A stretch of DNA of 64,000 bases, from contig OX597835.1 in the NCBI GenBank assembly GCA_951406725.2, positions 620,001-684,000 on the forward strand, given 5' to 3'. The notes under the pieces are model-generated. The model was not told the DNA's origin and did not search any database. It was given only the letters and a program-made list of their open reading frames with translations. Below are positions 38,924-53,301 of this stretch, piece by piece. Made by a program: the position numbers and the translations under genes. Within the stretch, counting starts at the first letter, position 1; each line of letters opens with the position of its first letter. Origin of the DNA: Octopus vulgaris. Its lineage: Eukaryota.

Positions 38924-40559
38924 GGTATGTAGAAAAATACAACATGGACAAGAACGTATAACTCTTAGAAGACGATACAATAAACACGGACAGGACATTC
39001 GAAACCCTCAGTCTTCAGTCAAGAACCGGATCATCGTAGTAATTTCGGCTGATTAATCTTGAGATTACTAGATCACGGCCAGCCCTCCAAGAAAAACTAA
39101 GCAATATATATATATATATATATATATACTTTATTTTAAGCAGCAGAAAATTCAACAAAATCTGTTGCTTAAAATAAAGCTTAAAATAAAGCATATTACT
39201 CTACCACTGGTATTTGAGTACTCTTTTTTCCACCTTGTTTCACATTTATGTGTTTACTCCAGTATATATATATATATATATAAACATATATAAATATACA
39301 GAATAAGGAGACTATGACATCTCTGACAGGTGTTTCAATTCAGTAATCTTTAGATAATTAATTTATAAAATTAAGATTATTCTAAGCTGAATCTCTTCAG
39401 AGGTAGTAAAGATATACAGATTAGAAATACAAGTTGACATAATGGCTATAAACCGTTAATTGATAGCAAATATATACAAAAAGATCCAGTTGAAGGGGGG
39501 AGGGGGAGTAGTGTATATTTTGTATCTTAATGAAAGGAAAGAAGAGATTATTATATCATAGGGTATTGAGAAGGAAAAAAAGAAAAGCAAGAAGAGAAAT
39601 GCATGTATATATAAATATATAATATCAAACTTATCTATAATAATACAATACAAAAAATTTAAAGTTATAAAATTTAAGTGAAGTAGAAGCAAATAGTAGC
39701 AATTATGAATTAACTGAAGTTAAATAGTAAAGGGATAAATAATTTCTAAATATAATAATGATAATTTAATTTTTCTGTGTTTATAATAATAATGAAATAA
39801 AATTTAGTTTAAATAAATAGCATGTCCAGAATAATATGGAAAGAGAAAAAATATCGAAATACATAATATATCCTTTCATCCGTTAAGAAAATTTATTTCA
39901 AGCCTTTAAGGTAAAAGAACAATAATAATAGACTATTGGATAGGAAAAAATATTTTAATTTCAAACATACAGCATTCCATGAGAGAAACCGGCAGAAAAT
40001 GATGTTCTGAAACATGCTTCAGAGGATAAAGGAATTGTTAAGAAAATAAACATTATGTAAGAGGAAAGACTTCTGTAGAAATAAATTGAAAATAAAATCA
40101 AATAAATGACAATGAATTATGTAAAATGCCTTCATGTATAACAGGGATGTAGTGAAAATATTTATATATAAAAATAGCAAAGCCAGAACAAATTAAACAG
40201 GGGCTTATCTGAAAATGTAATCAGAGATAATGATAATATATTTGTGGATTTAAGTAGTGAATAGCTCAATATCCTCCGAAACAGCTCAATATGCTATTAA
40301 TTTGGTACATTGTAGTATTAAATAAAATATAAAATAAATAAATAAAAATGAAAACAATCTAGGATAGATTAAGAAGTTATCTCAGTTATAAATACTAATT
40401 GCATTTATTCTATATAAATAGAGGGGATGATTGTAGCAGGAATGTAAGTATCTGTTATACTATTAACCCCATTATAGATAACCCTAGTGCAAATATTAAT
40501 TACAGAGCAATAAATCTACTTATAATGTAAATCTACTTTACCTAATATCCCTAAAGTCA

Positions 40560-40965
40560 ATGATATCCCTAATAGCTGAGATTGAAGAATTAAGACATAA
40601 AAGCGTAATATATCAATGTAGAGTAAGGGCACAGGGAATGCAGAGTTGTTATATAGGTTCGACACGGGATGAAATTAAGAAACGTTTGGCCTCTCACATC
40701 TATTCTTTCAGAAATAGACATAGAACTGGTTCCACTGGTCTGAGTAAATTTATTTGGGAGTTAAAAGATAAGAATACACAGTACAATTTAAAATGGGAAA
40801 TACTAATCTCCGCATTCTCTTATCAAACAAATATGAGTCAAAGTCACTTATGCTGAAATGAAAAGTTCTTTATCCTCTAGGCAAAATACCCTATTCTTAA
40901 CCCCTGGGATGAATGCAATGTCTCTGGTATTGATAGGACCAAATTTGTATTTGCAAAATACTGAT
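40560..40965 (+). mobile_element. Penelope-like GIY-YIG endonuclease remnant
   Basis: SVIYQCRV...CYIGST...KKRLASHIYSF...STGLSKFIWELK...YNLKWEIL...HLC. Confidence 0.8.
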
Positions 40966-43414
40966 ATAATATTACTTAATTTTTTACTTATTTTATTCCT
41001 TGCATTTGCATTCCTAACTCATTTGACTGCATCTTTAACCTTTCTTCCCTTTATTACATTAAGCTCCTCTTTAAAATCAACATATTTTTTAACCCCTACT
41101 TTGTGTATGGATATATATTTTGCTCTTACATTAATATTCATATATATCTTACATATTAAGTTATTTATCCCCTTCCCATAAACTATATTAAATTTTAAAT
41201 AAATTTTATGATCAACACATTTTATCTAACTTTTACCGGGTGTTTATGTATGTATGTATGTATATATATACATACACACACACACACATATAAAACTATT
41301 TCAGGGTTTGTTTGTTTTTTTTAACAGTAAATCATTATCATTTTAAAACAATATATATATTGGTGTTTTGCTGAAATGAAGTTGTTGATCTGAAATGATC
41401 TTTTTGAAATATTTCTGTCAGATTAGATTTCAATCTAATCCGAAGATGGAAACTGTGTCCATTTCAAGAGAATTAATTAGTTGCATAAGTGAAGTGAAAC
41501 AGAGTCAACTGGAATTTGGACATGAGTTGCAGTGTTTGTCAGTAACATCTTGTAATTCTCACCAATAATTGTGAGGTACTTTAAGCATTCTGATACCAAA
41601 ACTGTTTGGGATCAACCCCTGGCTCTATACAAACTTCCTATTTTAAAGTGATCTGAATTTAAACCTTCTATCAGAATTTCATATTATTTCAAACATAAAA
41701 ATTTCAAAATTAACCAAAATGAAAGAAGTGTTTCAGCAGAGATATGGGGGAAAAAAGGGGTTAAATCTCTTACCAGTATGTAGCATTTACTTAGTGATAT
41801 TCTGTGCTTTGGAAGGGTTTTTTTTCAAAATTAATGGTTAGCAATAAACCAGATCAGTAGTTTGTACGATGTATTTAAGCAATGATGTCATGAAATGTTT
41901 CATTAAATTTCATTTGCTCATAATCATTTCCTGTGCTTTTTTTCATTCCATTCTGATAAATATGTGTTAGTTCAATGATAGTACGATTACTGATAATTCT
42001 GCAACATGGTAACATTTTATAACAAGATTGATTGCTTAAATGTTCCATTTCCAAGTATATTATTCAGCAGCTTTTGTAAAGAACTCTAACTGAAAAGAAG
42101 CATGACAGTTAAGAAACAGGAATTATGGTTTTGATATATTTTATTGCATCACTGTTCCAGTTTCTTGTATAATTCTACCAAACTTGATTTTACTTTTCAG
42201 TATTGTTGTAATAAACATTGTAAATATACCAGACTTAATTGAATCTATTATAATCTTAATGGAATCTATTTTATGATATATTAGACTTAATTGATGCTAT
42301 TATACAATTAGTAATCCTTTGTTTAAAATGTTTGGATCCAGAAGTGTTTTGAAATTTTTCCTGATTTTTGATATTTATCATCATTTTACTGTTTATTTTT
42401 CCATGGTTTGCATGGGCCAGATAGAATTTTTTGAGGCAGACTTTCTACAGCCAGGTACCCTTCCTGTTTCCCAGCAAAGCAATATCAAAACACAAGCACC
42501 CCTACTTTATGTATGTGTTTCCTTTCATTTTCCATCACCAAAATCCACTCACAAGGCTTTCATCAGCCAGGGGCTAAAATAGATGACATTTACTCAAGAT
42601 GCCACACAGTAGAATGGGACAGCTTGGAGATGGGATTCAAGTCTAAACATGTTATCCATTTACATTTCAAGACGCAATGACAAGTGACCGAGACCTTTGG
42701 CGATATGCTACACTTGAGAAGACCCATCAAGCCAAGTGAAATTGTAGTCATGGTCAATGCTGGTGTCATGTGCCAGTGGCACGTAAAAAGCACCTTTTGA
42801 ACACTGGGCCTCATGGAGGCAATGACAAGTGACCAAGACCTTTGGCGATATGCCACGCTTGAGAAGACCCATCAAGCCAAGTGAAATTGTAGTCGTGGCT
42901 GATACTGGTCTCATGTAACTGGCACCCATTACAGTCTTGGAGTGTTTGGCATAAGGAAGAGCATCCAGCCATCAGATTGGAACCTGGTGCAGCCCTCCAG
43001 CTGGCCAGTTTCAGTCAATCCATCTAACCCATGCCAGCATGGAAAGCAAATACCACATGTGCCTTGAACACTTGATGTAAGTTCAGTTTCGCCTTTCACT
43101 AAAACAAATCTGTTTCTTACATTTTTGCTTTTTATTTTTCCTTTCAGTCGAAGCACACAAAGCACTGAGGGTCAAAATAAGGACCTCTTTTTTTTTTTTT
43201 TACTTGTTTCAGTCATTTGACTGTGGCCCTGCTGGAGCACTGCCTTTAGTTGAGCAAACTGACCCCAGGACTTATTCTTTGTAAGCCTAGTACTTATTCT
43301 ATCGGTCTCTTTTGCCGAACTGCTAAATTACGGGGATGTAAACACACCAGCATCAGTTGTCAAGTGATGTTGGGGGGGACAAACACATACACACAAACAT
43401 ATACACACACATAT

Positions 43415-43453
<39 letters not shown>

Positions 43454-44223
43454 CGACGGGCTTCTTTCAGTTTCTGTCTACCAAATCCACTCACATGGCT
43501 TTGGTTGGCCTGAGGCTATAGTAGAAGACACTTGCCCAAGGTGCCACACAGTGGGACTGAATCTGGAACCATGTGGTTCGTAAGCAGTATGGTTCCAGTT
43601 TTAGCGAGAGATCAAATATAACTTGGAACTGGTGATATTGGGAGGCTGTAAGTGTTTCTGAAATAGCATTTGTTACAAACAGCATTTAAAATGTTATTGT
43701 TTAAAAAAAAAAGAAAAAAATTTGTAAATAATACTGGTTATAAAATATTTAATTCTAGTGTAAGAATTTTTTCCCACAAGCTGACGTGGCTGTATGGTTA
43801 AAAAGTTCCCTTCCTAAATACACAGTTCGAGGTTTGATCCCTTTGTATGGCACCTTGGGCAAGTATCTTCAGTTCAATGAGCAGACCAAAAACATTGTGA
43901 GTGGATTTAGAAGAGACACTGAAAGAAGTCTACTGTGTGTGTGTGTGTGTGTGTGTGAAAAGAACTTTTTAAGCACACAACAACTGTAGCTGCACCTATT
44001 TCTTTGCATTTTGAGTTCAAATCCTACTGAAACCCAGCTTTTGATTTTCATTCTGCAAGAGTTGGTAAAATAAATATCAGTGATGCAATGAAGTCAATTT
44101 AAATGACTGTTTCTTTTAAATGTGGCCTTGTGCCAATTTTAGAATTCAAAATTATTGTATCTTGTGTGTAACAAAGACAATTATTTTGTATGTGTAACAC
44201 AAATTGTTTTGTATCTGTCTGTC

Positions 44224-44280
<57 letters not shown>

Positions 44281-47200
44281 GTATGAATAAAAGGGGTGGA
44301 AGAGGTAAAAGCACATTGAGCACGTCTCACATAATATCACAAATGTCTTTTCATCAGGTACAAATGAATTATTTCATTGAAAATAGCTGCTGTAATGGAG
44401 AGGATGGTCAGCAGAAAAAACCTTTTAAAACCAGAAGTGGAGATTGGAAGTGGTAATGAACGAATGGCATCCCCTACTCACTAATTAGGGAAATAGATGG
44501 GAATGTGGTTTCATTTTGTTATCAGCATACTCAAATTATTTTAGAAGTTGCAGTAGATTATAATCTCATTAATATATACGTGGCATCAACAAGGAAGAGT
44601 TGGTGTGCCGAAAGCTGGGATGATTATTGCTTAGGATAGAGAAATATGAGTAATAAAATTCCTATTTCCACTCTCATGTTTTTTTAATTCTTTCTACTGG
44701 CTTCGCTTTCTGCTGCATTCTCCATTGTAGCAGACTATTTCCAACTAAACATCCATTCATACTCAGTGAAAAAATATGCCAGAAGGCTACAAACATTTGT
44801 AATGTTACATCAGATGCACTCAGTCTGTATGTTGTTCTTGATTGACCTCCTCCGTCCCCTTTTATTTACAGATTTCATTATCACATTATAAGCACCATCT
44901 GTTGCTTTCAAAATGGACTTGTATAGCACCTGTTATCAGAATTTTTTGTCTAATCTCGATGTGTGATTAACGGTATTTGATGCCTTGATTAATAAATGTT
45001 ATTGGTCAATTAGTGAGTCATTTGTATTTTCTGTACAAGTTATATTTATGCAAAACTAATCAACTGTGTTTCATCATGATCCCTTGACTGGTCCTACTAC
45101 AATTTATATACATAGATGAGAAATCATTTTAAACACAAATTTATAGTATTTTATTCCTATGTATCTGTCACCAATGTGGTAGTTTGGAACTCTGCATTGA
45201 ATGTTCCAAGTGCAGTTGAGTGCCCAGCCACAACAGATCATCAGAGAATACTTTGCAAGATTATGTTGCAGAGAACCAATGCCTAGAGCTGGGTAGATGG
45301 CAAGATATTTATAAGTATTCTGAGAGAGAAGTCGAAAGATAGCAACTGGCAGAGAAAGAGGGACTAAGAAGGAAGAAAAGAAGGAGATAGAAAAGATAGA
45401 GAATAAGTAGAAAAAAGAGAAAGAAAGGAAAAACTAAGTTGGACCACCAGAAAAGGGGCTAAACAAAAAATATATAAACAGCATAAGTGAAATCGATTTA
45501 TAAATAAATATAAATTCATTTCACTTGCTTTATCATGTTGTTTGTGTATTTCTGCTTATCCCTTTTGTGGTGGTCCAACTTAGTTTTTCCTTTGTTCCTT
45601 TCCTTCTCTCTTCCTTTTTTCTCTCTATTTTCCTTTTTGTTTTATTGGTCTTTCCTTTTCAAGTATTTGTTTCTGTATTAAAACCCGTCATAATTCCAGG
45701 CATTGCTGCACGGTTAGCTTCGCTACTGTCTGGTCTCAGAATCAGAATCCACTCTACAGCACCTTATACAAGGGTCTTCTATTAGTGCTCCTTGAATTTG
45801 GTAGATGGAAACCGCATGGAAGCCCTATCAGCATCATTTAACATCTGTCTGTGTCCCATACTGGCATGGGCCGAATGGTTCAACAGGATCTGATGAACCA
45901 GAGGACTGTGTTGAGGTACAATGGCTGCTTTAGCATGGTTTCTATGGCTGGATGTCATGTGTGTGTGTGTGTGTGTGTGTGTACGCATGCAGATCTTTGT
46001 GTTTGTTCCCCATCATCACTTGACAACTGGGGTTGATTTGCTTACACCTCCATAAGTTCAGCAAAAGAGACTGATGGAATAAGATTTTTAAAAATTAGCA
46101 CTGGACTCAATTTGATCAACTAAACCCTTCGAGGCAAAGCACTAGCATGACCCCAATTCAATGATAGAAAAGAGTAAAAGAATAAAGAATTTTCAACAGC
46201 AAATTCTGTTGATTGGGAATTCTGGGATGTTCATTCATAAACCACCAGTTCTTCCTAACTATGGTCCTGCCATCTTCTGGCATCATCTGTTACTAGAAAT
46301 CATCCAAACACTACCAATAATTTAGTTAACCAAACTTCTTCAGTCTAAAATGTGTGTGATACACAAATTTGAGGTTTACTTCTATAGATGGGTGAGAAAC
46401 AGAATTGACAATGGCTTGCAGAACTGAGGATGAAATCTGTGCAAGGGTGAAATATTACCACAACAATAACATGAACATTATAAAGTTCAACCAAACCCTA
46501 TGAGGAGCATGATTCACACATGATTACTTCCAGTCATTCCAAATTAATAAGCAGCTTGATGGATAAATTAGCTAACAGACAAAGTCTCTTGTGGTGTACT
46601 CTAAATCATCGTCCTCCTTATAACCATTTTACTGTTCATGTTTTCATCCTTGCCGGATGCCTTTCCTGCTGCCACTCCTCACCTGTTTCTAAGCAAGGTA
46701 ATAATTTCCCATGGTTGAAAGGCAGTGAGCTAGCAGAATTGTTAGCACACCTGGGCAGAATGCTTAGTGGAATTTCATCTGCCTTTACATTCTGAGTTCA
46801 AATTCTGCCAATTTTTGCTTTTCACCTTTTGGGGGTTGGTAAAATAGGTACCAGTTAAGTACTGGGATCAGTGTAATCGACTTACTTCCTCCGCCAAACT
46901 TATTGGCCTTGTGTCAAAATTTGAAACCAATATTTTCCCGTGGTTGAACATGTTTTCACGGAAGCCTGAAAATGAAAGATACTGCTAGTATGACAATTAC
47001 ACTCACAGCAATTATCACACCATATCGAGACAAGAAAACACAAATACACACACAAACATATATGATCGGCTTTTTTTCAGTTTCCATGAACCAAATCCAG
47101 TCACAAGGCTTTAGTAATTGCCCAAGGTGCGATGCAGTGAGACTGAACACAGAGCCACCCATACAGTTTCTGCCTACAAGTTTTACTAACAAAGCATTAG

Positions 47201-47471
47201 CCAGTCTAAAGCTTTGCACCTGAAATCACATGGTTGTGAAGGGATCTTCTAAACTATACAATCCTGCCTATATCTATGGTAAATTTTTTCATGTTAATAT
47301 GGGTGAGATGGTCTTGGAATATGAGTTGAATTATATTGTACAGTTTTATATTCCATGAAAGCTTGAAGTTGGAGAGCAAGCTAGGAGATTGCTCTGAGCA
47401 GATTTATGCATCTTTGACAAGAATATAATGTAACAGTAAATGTTATTAAAAAAAATATTTAATATTTTTTC

Positions 47472-47628
47472 TTAATATAAACATTGTAAAAAGTGCCGTT
47501 TAGCATCTCGAGAAGCTTTCAATAATTGTTTTCGGTAATTTAGAATATCATTTAAATATTCATAATATTTTAACATGTTCTGGTTCTTCATGTGTTCTAT
47601 GGTGAACTCCCTTGTTCGTAACATATAC
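47472..47628 (-). CDS. Uncharacterised gene, last coding exon
   Basis: ttgcag acceptor, phase 2 matching the upstream donor. Encodes (W)YMLRTREFTIEHMKNQNMLKYYEYLNDILNYRKQLLKASRDAKRHFLQCLY*. Confidence 0.65.
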
Positions 47629-48588
47629 CTGCAACAAAGAAAGTGGGTTTAGAATAGAAAGTATAGTAATAAAGGTGGTGGTGGTGACAGTGGTATTAGT
47701 CATAGTGGTGATGGTGGAAATGTGTATACATGAATATGGTAATTAAATTGTTATCTGAAAAAGAAATATACTTCCTAAAAAACAAAATAATTCCTGCTGG
47801 CAAACAGTAAATATTAGCTGCATATATATATCTATATAGTATCATCATTGAATGTCTCCTTTTCCACGTTTGCATGGGTTAGAAGGAATTTGTTGGGTAA
47901 ATTTTCTACAGCCAGATACTCTTCTTGTCACTAATCCTCATTTGTTTCCAACCAAGATAATATTTCCCATTGCCAGACAATTTGGGTGATCGTTACCAAC
48001 ATCGCCTTACTGGCACCTGTGCTGGTGGTATGTGTAAAAAGATTCGAGCGAGGTCATTGCCAGTACTGCCTGACTGGTCCCGTGCTGGTGGCACATAAAA
48101 AGCACCCACTACACTCTCGGAGTGGTTGGCGTTAGGAAGGGCATCCAGCTGTAGAAACTCTGCCAAATCAAGATTGGAGCCTGGTGCAGCCATCTGGTTC
48201 GCCAGCCCTCAGTCAAAATCGTCCAACCAATGCTAGCATGGAAAGTGGACGTTAAACAACGATGATGATGATACACACACAGACAATATGTGTGTGTATG
48301 TATGTGTATTACACATGAGGTTAAAAATGAAAAATATTTTCTAAGCCATGTCCAAGTCTCCATTTGCTGTCCAGCAATGTTTATTCAGACGCATTTTGTA
48401 ATGTTGGGTGTGAAAATACCTTAAGCTAAGCCTGAAAGCAATGAAGTCATAAAAGAATCATCCATAACTTGCAGTAAGCAACATTTACTAAACATTATTA
48501 CTGTTATTTCTTTATTTTCTGCAAACAAAATGCACAAAAAAGCTACACGTTTGCATTATGTTATATATGCAATAATAATAAAGGATGT

Positions 48589-48699
48589 TACCGTATACAG
48601 TTTTACAAACCAAGGACATTATATAGACCTCCTTGACTCAAGTTAGAGAAGGGGTGCATATTATACACAAGGGCGGACTATACTCAAGGATTTATGGTA
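48589..48699. mobile_element. Tigger/pogo-like MITE remnant
   Basis: TACCGTA...TATGGTA termini, with tatacacaag / tatactcaag subterminal motifs. Confidence 0.45.
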
Positions 48700-49508
48700 C
48701 TTTATTTGGGTGGAGAGACTCCAGTATCCAGAAAGGTGGAGGACTGTCAAATGCCTTCTGGTAATCAATCCAAGTCATGTTGAGGTTTGTTTTTCTCTTT
48801 TTACAGTCCCCTATAATGACTTGCTTTACCAGAAGCTACTCTTCACAACAATACGTCTCTTTCAGACACCTTTTTGTTCTTCTGGTAAAACGATGTTATT
48901 TTCCAGGTGTATTACGAGCCAGTTACAGATAACTGACCTGAGAGTTTTACAGGTTGTTTTGAGGTAGGTTACTGGCCTATAATTTTGTGGGTGAATGGTG
49001 TCTTTGATTTTTGTAGTTCAGAAGATTATTATTATTATTATATACAGAGAACCATAGAGATAGAGAGAGAGATACATACACATATATGGTCTGGAACTGT
49101 ACATGTTTAACAAGAGATATATACAATGGAATTTACTCTGTGTGTGTGTGTATATGCATACACACACAGACAAACACACACACGTACACACACACTCACA
49201 CACACACACACACACACACATTGTTGCTATTATGCAAAAGTGTCATACAAGTCCAAAATATTGCTTTTTCAGAAAACGCAAAAATAGTTCCACCATTCCA
49301 TAGCAAAACCGTTGTACTACACTTTGACAATTTTTTATATCTTGGCATCTAAAGCAGCTGGAGATATGGTAGTTTGACCAAAAGAACTGGCTATTGCATG
49401 CAAAAATAAATATTAAAAAAAACGCATTTGGCCAAAATTGGACATACAAGTCATCTTACAGTATCACAAACAGTAAGTGGAAGTCTTGAAGAGAGACAGA
49501 ATCCTTAC

Positions 49509-49784
49509 CAAAATTTTCGAGGTGGTCTAGTTCTTTCCAACTCTTGTTGTCTTTTGGTTTCCAAAAGTATCTCTTCATTTAAATGCAGTTTATCAAGTCG
49601 AAGTTTAGCCATTTGCACACTAATATTGAAAAGCTGATCTTCTCTGTTTTTGGCTGCAGTAACATACAAGAACTTTATTTTAACACTGGTCACTTTTGTT
49701 TTGCACACACTTTCTTTCGCTTTCTGTATTTCTTCCCCCTCCTTCCCTCCCTCTCTCTCTACTTCATTTCAAAAATTGATGCAC
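49509..49784 (-). CDS. Uncharacterised gene, internal exon (apparent 1-nt frameshift near its 5' end)
   Basis: tttcatttag acceptor, gtaagg donor. The long frame reads ...EEIQKAKESVCK...LLETKRQQELERTRPPRKF(W). Confidence 0.6.
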
Positions 49785-50134
49785 CTAAATGAAAAAACAT
49801 TTAGCTACAGACATATATTCTTTAACCCTTTAGCATTCGAGCCAGCCGTATTCAGCCCCAAAATTCTACTTGTTTTATGCTCAAATCAGCCAGATCCCAT
49901 CTCACACCTACCCTATGATGTCATTCTAAAAATCTACAATCATATTATCAAAATCCCAAAGCTACAAGATAACGCATACCATAAATCCTCGAATATAGTC
50001 CGCATTTTTCCCCCACTAAACCTTTCAAGCTTCCAGCATGGCCACAGCCCTTTGATCAAAATAAGTTAAAGAATAAAAGAACATACTGATGACAGAGGAT
50101 GGTGGAATTTTTAGAGAGGAAATTAAATACTTAC

Positions 50135-50644
50135 AATTCAAGTTGAAAATTTCTTTATCTAAAAGTCTACGATCAGCTGATTTGCAATCAAAGAGATCTT
50201 TGCACTTCGCAGCATTTAAATATTTTACAAGACATTCTTCTGAGAACTTATGATCATTCATGTCTGCCTTACTCTTCAGATCAAAAAGGGCTCCAAGGTA
50301 TCCAGGTCTGTAATGTTGATTAATCATGTAGTCATCTGGACGCATGTGATAAGGTTTGTGCAGTGGACTGAGGAACCAGTCCGCATATCCAGTGTGCCTT
50401 GAGTTACAGCATATACAGTTATCGCTCTTGTTAAGTTGTGTGTGTGATGTTGAGGAGGGCTGTAGTTGTTGTGGTGATAACGATGATGAATTTTCCATCT
50501 TTGGTGCAATGCAACTGAATTCATAAAGAATTTTGTGAAGATCTTCAGTAACTTTGCTGAGTTGACTTGATAGTCGTACGTAGTCAGAATACCGGTCTTC
50601 ACACATGGCTAATACTTCTTCTATACTCCAGTCTCTTGAATTTT
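50135..50644 (-). CDS. Uncharacterised gene, large internal exon
   Basis: 510 nt open frame (part of ORF 50025-50606) in non-repetitive sequence, with a tttttctaag acceptor and gtaagt donor, phase 1-1. No family recognised. Confidence 0.65.
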
Positions 50645-51872
50645 CTTAGAAAAAAATGTAGCAATGTACAAGTAAATATGCCCAAGTACAATTTAATTTC
50701 ACTACTAAATATTTTTTTATTTGTTTAGAAGTACAAAATGAATTGGTTTCAAATTTTGGCCCAAGGCCTACACATTTAGGAGATGGAGTTAGTCAATTAC
50801 ATTGAGCCCCATACTTGAATGGGACTTTGTTTTATCAACTCTGGAGGGATGAAAAGCAAAGATGATTTCAGTGAAAATTGAACTTAGAACATAATGAGCT
50901 GGAATGGATGCTGCAATTTGTTTTTTTCCCAACACTCGAATGGTTCTAGCAGCCTACCACATTAATGGCGTGATTTGGGCACAAGGCCAGCAGTATTGAA
51001 GGGGAAGACATAAGTTGATATCATCAACCCCAGGATGAAGAGTGAAGTTGATCCTAGCAGAATTTGGATGTAAAATGTCAGAGGAATCACTGCAAAGCAT
51101 TTTATTTGATACCCTAATGATTCTGCCAGCTTGCCACTTTTAGAAATATGAAATCAAGTGTCTTCTACTATAGCCTCGGGTCGACCAAAGCCTTGTGAGT
51201 GGATTTGGTAGACGGAAACTGAAAGAATCCCATCGTATATATGTGTGTGTGTATATATGTTTGTGTGTCTGTTTGTCCCCCCAACATCGCTTGACAACCG
51301 ATGCTGGTGTGTTTACGTCCCCGTAACTTAGCGGTTCAACAAAAGACACCGATAGAATAAGTACTAGACTTACAAAGAATAAGTCCTGGGGTCAATTTGC
51401 TTGACTAAAGGCGGTGCTCCAGCATGGCCACAGTCAAATGACTGAAACAAGTAAAAGAGTATATCATAAGCTCCAAATATGAGGAAAACCAGTCCATCTT
51501 TTTTGTTTGTGTGTTGTCTAATTGGTGGTTTAATGTCCAACATCACATTACGTTGGAAACTGCAATGAACTTAACTCTGTCATAGCAGGAATGGCTTAAA
51601 TGTCATCTCTGCAGGATTTCTGGTTAAGCAGTAAAGAAATAAGAGAGAAAAGGGAGCTGCACCTGACTCTGTCCATCAGTTTGCTTGCAATCATTACTCT
51701 TGAGCTGTAAATGCAACTTACTATTTTATTGCTCAGGGGCTCATGTAGGGGGAGGGGTAAAGTTAGAGACGGAGGCCCAGGTCTGAGGGGGTTAATTCAA
51801 TCATTACTAAAATAATTGCTGTTCTTTCATCCAAACAGCAACAACTGACTATGACACAGAGAATCATGCAAA

Positions 51873-52273
51873 GGCGTAGGAGTGGCTGTGTGGTAAGTAG
51901 CTTGCTAACCAACCACATGGTTCTGGGTTCAGTCCCACTGCATGGCATCTTGGGCAAGTGTCTTATGCTATAGCCTCGGGCCGACCAATGCCTTGTGAGT
52001 GGATTTGGTAGACGGAAACTGAAAGAAGCCCGTCGTATATATGTATATATATATATGTATGTGTGTGTGTTTGTGTGTCTGTCTTTGTCCCATTAGCATT
52101 GCTTGACAACCGATGCTGGTGTGTTTACGTCCCCGTCACTTAGCGGTTCGGCAAAAAGAGACTGATAGAATAAGTACTGGGCTTACAAAGAATAAGTCCC
52201 GGGGTCGATTTGCTCGACTAAAGGCGGTGCTCCAGCATGGTCGCAGTCAAATGACTGAAACAAGTAAGAGAGT
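51873..52273 (+). mobile_element. Full-length tRNA-derived SINE (family A)
   Basis: Reverse-complement match to 7890-8320. A truncated sister copy lies at 51143-51460. Confidence 0.85.
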
Positions 52274-52622
52274 ATCCATGTGAGGAATATTATTGCAAAA
52301 GCATCTCTGAAACGAGGCACTTTGAGAACAGAGTGGAGTGAATGTGATTGTTTTAATACCAATAGCACGAGTTCTGCTGTGAAGAACATGCTTTAAGGCT
52401 TAGCAGTTGTGGAGTGGTGTCTAAGAAATTGGAAGAGAACGTGTAGGACACCTCCAACACAATGGGAAAATGACATTCAAACAATTTGGGCTGAAATGGA
52501 AGAGGAGGATACAATCAAAGGAAGACTGAAAGTGCATTGTGACTAGTGAGGTATAAAGGATATTTTATTAGTTGATAAAAGAGATTACTTATATAATACA
52601 TTCAGTACTAAAAACTAGCAGT

Positions 52623-52659
<37 letters not shown>

Positions 52660-52688
52660 GAATAAGAAGCACACTCTAAAATCCCTGG

Positions 52689-53301
52689 TTTCACACCTAT
52701 AAAGCGCTCAGCTGTATAGGTGACACATCAGACTCAAATGACTGGAGGCACATTACCTCTCTACAACTGGAGAGAGGAAAACGACAACGTCAGTTAATTT
52801 GGAAAAACAAAAAGTTCCAGAACAAAGCTCTACACTCAAAGCTTTGGGTGAGGTGGAGTTATTGCCTATAGACCAGTATCAGTTATGTCTACAACAGGCC
52901 TTTTGAAGATGCCTGAGTCTGGCAGCATTTCCCTAGTCAGAGAGTTTTACACTTGACTTGAGGACCTTTTTAAACTTCAGAAAAGAGAGGTTTAGTCAGT
53001 ACCCTCATCAGAGGAAATTTAAGTTGGAATCATGGAATTCTCCATCTACCAACCAGAGAAAGGCTGCCAGACTCAGACATATTTGGCAGGCCCAGGGTAG
53101 ACATAACTGATACCAGTCGAAGGGAGATAACTCCACCCCATTCAAGGCAATGCCAGTAGAATTTCATTCCAGAATTGTTTTTGTTTACCAAATAAACTGA
53201 CCGAGATGTTTTCCTCCCTCCAGTTGTAGAGAGATTATGTGCCTCTGGCCATTTGAGTCTGATATGTAACCTATACAGCTAAGTTCGTTATAGGTGTGAA
53301 A
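52689..53301. repeat. About 610 bp imperfect inverted repeat (foldback/MITE-like)
   Basis: Arms 52689-52926 and 53063-53301: tttcacacctataa/ttataggtgtgaaa, tcagactcaaatg/catttgagtctga, gtatcagttatgtctac/gtagacataactgatac. Confidence 0.9.

Noticed and set aside
38960-39100. Possible minus-strand hammerhead (CTGAAGA; GGCTG..CAGCC-GAAA)
   Set aside because: The core elements are not in a compatible order.
52985-53015. Minus-strand CTGATGA in the loop of the large hairpin
   Set aside because: No GAAA follows the candidate stem II.
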